The notes beneath the pieces are model-generated. The model had not been told where the DNA came from and ran no database searches. It was given only the letters and a program-made list of their open reading frames with translations. Shown one piece after another: positions 61,155 through 64,000 of a stretch of 64,000 nucleotides of DNA. Each line of letters begins with the position of its first letter. The stretch's first letter is position 1. Made by a program: the position numbers and the translations under genes. Source of the DNA: an uncultured Kofleriaceae bacterium (GTDB taxonomy: Bacteria; Myxococcota_A; Polyangia; GCA-2747355; CAZCFB01); the NCBI GenBank assembly GCA_964497805.1, contig CAZCFB010000004.1, positions 6,648-70,647 of the forward strand. The letters are read 5' to 3'.

Positions 61155-63200
61155 ATGACCGAAAAGACCGTCGAGCAGCTCGAGGCGGCCCTCCGCCATC
61201 ACAATCACCTTTACTGGGATCTGGCCCGGCCAGAGATCAGCGACTACGAGTACGACCAGCTCGTGGAGCAGCTGCGCGCCCTGGCGCCCGATTCGCCGGT
61301 GCTGGAGGAGCTGGGCCCCAGCGGGGTTGGCCTCATCGGCGAGCCGGTGAAGCACGCCTCGCCCATGCTCTCCCTCGACAAGTGCTACGCGTACAAGGAG
61401 GAGGACTCCACCAAGCAGAGCCTCTTCAACTGGGCCCACACCTCCAGCCGGGCCGGGGGCGAGGTGACCTACGCCCCGCGCTTCGAGGGTGACGTGGTGG
61501 TGACCCCCAAGATGGACGGCATCGCCTGCTCCCTGCGCTATGACGGCGAGGGCGTGCTCCACCTGGCAGCCACCCGGGGCAACGGCAAGGAGGGGGACAA
61601 CATCTCGGCCAACGCCCGCACCATCACCGACATCCCCAAGGTGGTGGACCGTCCGGGCGTGGAGGTGCGGGGTGAGATCTACATGCGTCTGAGCGTGTTC
61701 GCCGGGTTCGCGGACCAGTTCTCAAACCCACGCAACCTGGCAGCGGGGGCCATCAAGCAGAAGGATCCGCTCAACACCGCCGCGTACAAGCTCTCCTTCG
61801 CCGCCTACGACATCGTGGGCGCGGACCTGGCCACCGAGGTGGAGAAGTACGCCGAGCTGGCCCGCCTTGGCTTCCCTGAGATGGAGCACGAGGTGGTGGG
61901 CCTCGACAGCATGGCGCGGGGGTACGAGAACATCGCCGCCAACCGGGACAGCCTGGACTACGAGATCGACGGGGTGGTCTACAAGGTGAACCGGGTGGCC
62001 GAGCAAACACGCCTGGGCGCCACGGCCCACCACCCGCGCCACGCCATCGCCTACAAGTTCCAGGGGGACCAGTCCACCACCATCCTGCGGGAGGTTAGCT
62101 GGAGCGTGGCCCGGTCCGGCGCCATCACCCCGGTGGCCAGGGTGGAGCCGGTGACCCTGAGCGGCGCCGCCATCAGCCGCGCGTCGCTGCACAACGCGGG
62201 CTTCCTCAGGAAGCTGGATCTGCTCGGCCGCTACCCGGGCGCGGAGGTTGTGATCACCCGCCGGGGGGGCGTAATCCCGAAGGTGGAGTTCGTGGTCAAG
62301 CATGTGGAGGATCCGCCCGAGGGGGCGGAGCCCATCGCCTTCCCCGAGGTGTGCCCATCCTGTGGCGGACCGGTGAAGCGGGAGCCACCCGAGGGCGAGG
62401 TGGAGTTCCTCTCCTGCGAGCGCCCGGAATCCTGCCGGAGCGCCACCATCGGCGCCCTGGCCCACTACGCCAAGGCCCTGGACATCATGGGCTTCGGCGA
62501 GAAGCTGCTGACCCAGGCCCACGACCGGGAGCTGCTGGAGACCCCGGCTGACTTCTACACCCTGCAGCCGGGGGACCTCCTGGAGCTGGAGCGGGTGGGG
62601 CAGAAATTGGCCGACAAGCTGGTGCAGGAGGTGGCTGACCACCGGGAGGTGCCGCTGACCACCTTCCTGCGGGCGCTGGGCGCGGAGGAGTTGAGCCACC
62701 ACGCGTCCGGGATCCTCGCGGACCATTACCTCACCCTGGAGCGGGTGCGCCAGGCCACGGCCGAGGAGCTGCAGCCCCTGCACGGCATCGGCGAGGTGAT
62801 CGCCCGCAAGGTGGTGCAGGGCCTGGCCGAAAAAGCCGAGCTCATCGACGCGCTGATTGCCCACGTCACCGTGCTGGACCATGTGCCCGAAGAGAAGCCC
62901 ACGGGCGACGCCGCCCCCCTGGCCGGGCTCAGCTTCGTGTTCACCGGCGCCCTGGAGCAGATGACCCGCAAGGAGGCCCAGCAGAAGGTCAAGGCCCTGG
63001 GCGGGGAGGCCCCCTCCGGAGTGAGCGGCAATCTCTCCTACCTGGTGGTGGGCGGCGACCCCGGCGCCAAAAAGAGCGGCAAGCAAAAGAAGGCAGAGGC
63101 GTACATCGCCAAGGGCGCGGAGACGAAGATCATCAGCGAGGGTGATTTTGTGAAGATGCTCGAGAAGGATCCGGACCAGCTCTCACTCTTCGACGCTTGA
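61155..63200 (+). CDS. ligA: NAD-dependent DNA ligase
   Basis: KMDGIA (KxDG adenylation Lys), OB fold, Zn finger CPSCGGPV...C, HhH repeats, C-terminal BRCT (FVFTGAL...KSGKQKKAE). Confidence 0.95.
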   Translation: MTEKTVEQLEAALRHHNHLYWDLARPEISDYEYDQLVEQLRALAPDSPVLEELGPSGVGLIGEPVKHASPMLSLDKCYAYKEEDSTKQSLFNWAHTSSRAGGEVTYAPRFEGDVVVTPKMDGIACSLRYDGEGVLHLAATRGNGKEGDNISANARTITDIPKVVDRPGVEVRGEIYMRLSVFAGFADQFSNPRNLAAGAIKQKDPLNTAAYKLSFAAYDIVGADLATEVEKYAELARLGFPEMEHEVVGLDSMARGYENIAANRDSLDYEIDGVVYKVNRVAEQTRLGATAHHPRHAIAYKFQGDQSTTILREVSWSVARSGAITPVARVEPVTLSGAAISRASLHNAGFLRKLDLLGRYPGAEVVITRRGGVIPKVEFVVKHVEDPPEGAEPIAFPEVCPSCGGPVKREPPEGEVEFLSCERPESCRSATIGALAHYAKALDIMGFGEKLLTQAHDRELLETPADFYTLQPGDLLELERVGQKLADKLVQEVADHREVPLTTFLRALGAEELSHHASGILADHYLTLERVRQATAEELQPLHGIGEVIARKVVQGLAEKAELIDALIAHVTVLDHVPEEKPTGDAAPLAGLSFVFTGALEQMTRKEAQQKVKALGGEAPSGVSGNLSYLVVGGDPGAKKSGKQKKAEAYIAKGAETKIISEGDFVKMLEKDPDQLSLFDA

Positions 63201-63232
63201 CCTCTTTGTTCTTGCGCTCCAATATGCCGCCC

Positions 63233-64000
63233 CATGATTAGGACGTACTTAGGGGTCGGCCTGGTCACTCTGGCCACCCTCCTGCTCGAGCTCTTACTTA
63301 CCCGTATCTTCTCGGTAACCCTGTACTACCACTTCGCCTTCATGGTCATCTCCCTTGCCCTGTTCGGCCTGGGATTATCCGGCGTGATGCTCTACCTGCG
63401 TCGGGCGAGCTTTCCCGAGAAGGACCTGTCGGAGCTGCTGGCGCGCTACTCGCGCAGGTTCGCGGTAACCGGTGTGATCGCGCTGATTTATGTGGTGAAC
63501 CACTCCCTCACCGGCACCATCGACGCGCTCATGCCCGGGCGCTTCACCTGGCAGCACTTCTTCCAGCTCTCCTTCCTGTACCTCTTCGCCACCGTGCCCT
63601 TCTACTACGGCGGCATGGTGGTCTCCCTGGCCCTGTTCCACCTGCGGGAGCGCGTGGCGACGCTCTACTTCTTCGACCTGGTTGGGGCCAGCCTGGCCTG
63701 CCTGCTGCTCGACCCGCTGCTGCGCGTGCTCGGCGCGCCCAACGCCGTGCTGCTGGTGAGCCTGCTCGCTGCCGCCGCGGCGGTGATCTTCGGCAGCGAT
63801 CCGAAGCGGTGGAAGCCCGAGCGCGGCTCCCTCTGGCTCACCGGCATCCTGGCCGCGCTGCTGCTGGCCAACCTGGGCCTCGGCGTGATCAAGGTGGGCA
63901 GCTTCAAGTTCGTGGAGCAGCGCTTCCTCGCCTTCTCCAAGTACAACGCCATGAGCCGCATCGAGGTGCAGGAGGTGCCCAAGCAGCCGCCCTCTCTCAC
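63233..64000 (+). CDS. Polytopic membrane protein, N-terminal membrane domain of spermidine-synthase-like family; 3' end cut by window edge
   Basis: Absent from the ORF track (no stop in window). My translation from ATG 63233: MIRTYLGVGLVTLATLLLELLLTRIFSVTLYYHFAFMVISLALFGLGLSG... The LLELLLTRIFSV motif is typical of this family as I remember it. Confidence 0.55.

Noticed and set aside
1-64000. Mobile elements, prophage, integrons, tRNA/rRNA genes
   Set aside because: No transposase, integrase, recombinase or phage structural motifs appear in any frame I read. Intergenic gaps are short (mostly under 300 bp) and none shows a tRNA cloverleaf or rRNA-like sequence. There is no abrupt compositional island.

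Overview
Very GC-rich bacterial chromosomal segment (G+C judged by eye, not computed). Third-codon positions are almost always G/C, so each real gene is shadowed by long spurious ORFs in other frames. Two proteins end in MYXO-CTERM-type sorting tails, and lipobox lipoproteins, Cys-rich repeat proteins and FG-GAP/beta-propeller proteins are dense. This points to Myxococcota. I call about 46 protein-coding genes, two cut by the window edges. I found no rRNA, tRNA, CRISPR array, transposase, integrase or prophage signature. Housekeeping blocks: (1) a pyrimidine operon of a short pyrC, a pyrF-pyrE fusion and pyrD; (2) menB; (3) ligA; (4) an SDR / Old Yellow Enzyme / membrane-SGNH operon with an adjacent AMP-ligase. 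The most unusual content: (i) a type IV pilus/T2SS-like motor module at 36.6-45.2 kb. It holds a covalently tandem PilT-PilT ATPase and a PilB/GspE-family ATPase that carries an MshEN-type N-domain, an (MSPVxG)n tandem repeat and a C-terminal receiver domain. The PilB gene sits 5 nt downstream of a HAMP-PAS histidine kinase, next to a lipoprotein with a PilO/GspM-like C-terminus, and no pilin, platform or secretin gene is in view. (ii) One 1331-codon ORF fusing DNA topoisomerase III to RecQ, followed by ligA. (iii) A B12-binding radical SAM plus ATP-grasp two-gene cassette. (iv) Perfect G-tract microsatellites, (GGGAGC)8 and (GGCCGG)n, just upstream of minus-strand genes and inside the Topo III-RecQ linker. 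(v) A ~33-bp-stem hairpin built from CAGTYGN heptads between convergent genes. (vi) Five convergent gene pairs whose stop codons overlap or abut. All functional calls come from motif recognition by eye. No database search or structure prediction was possible, so novelty is unverified throughout.
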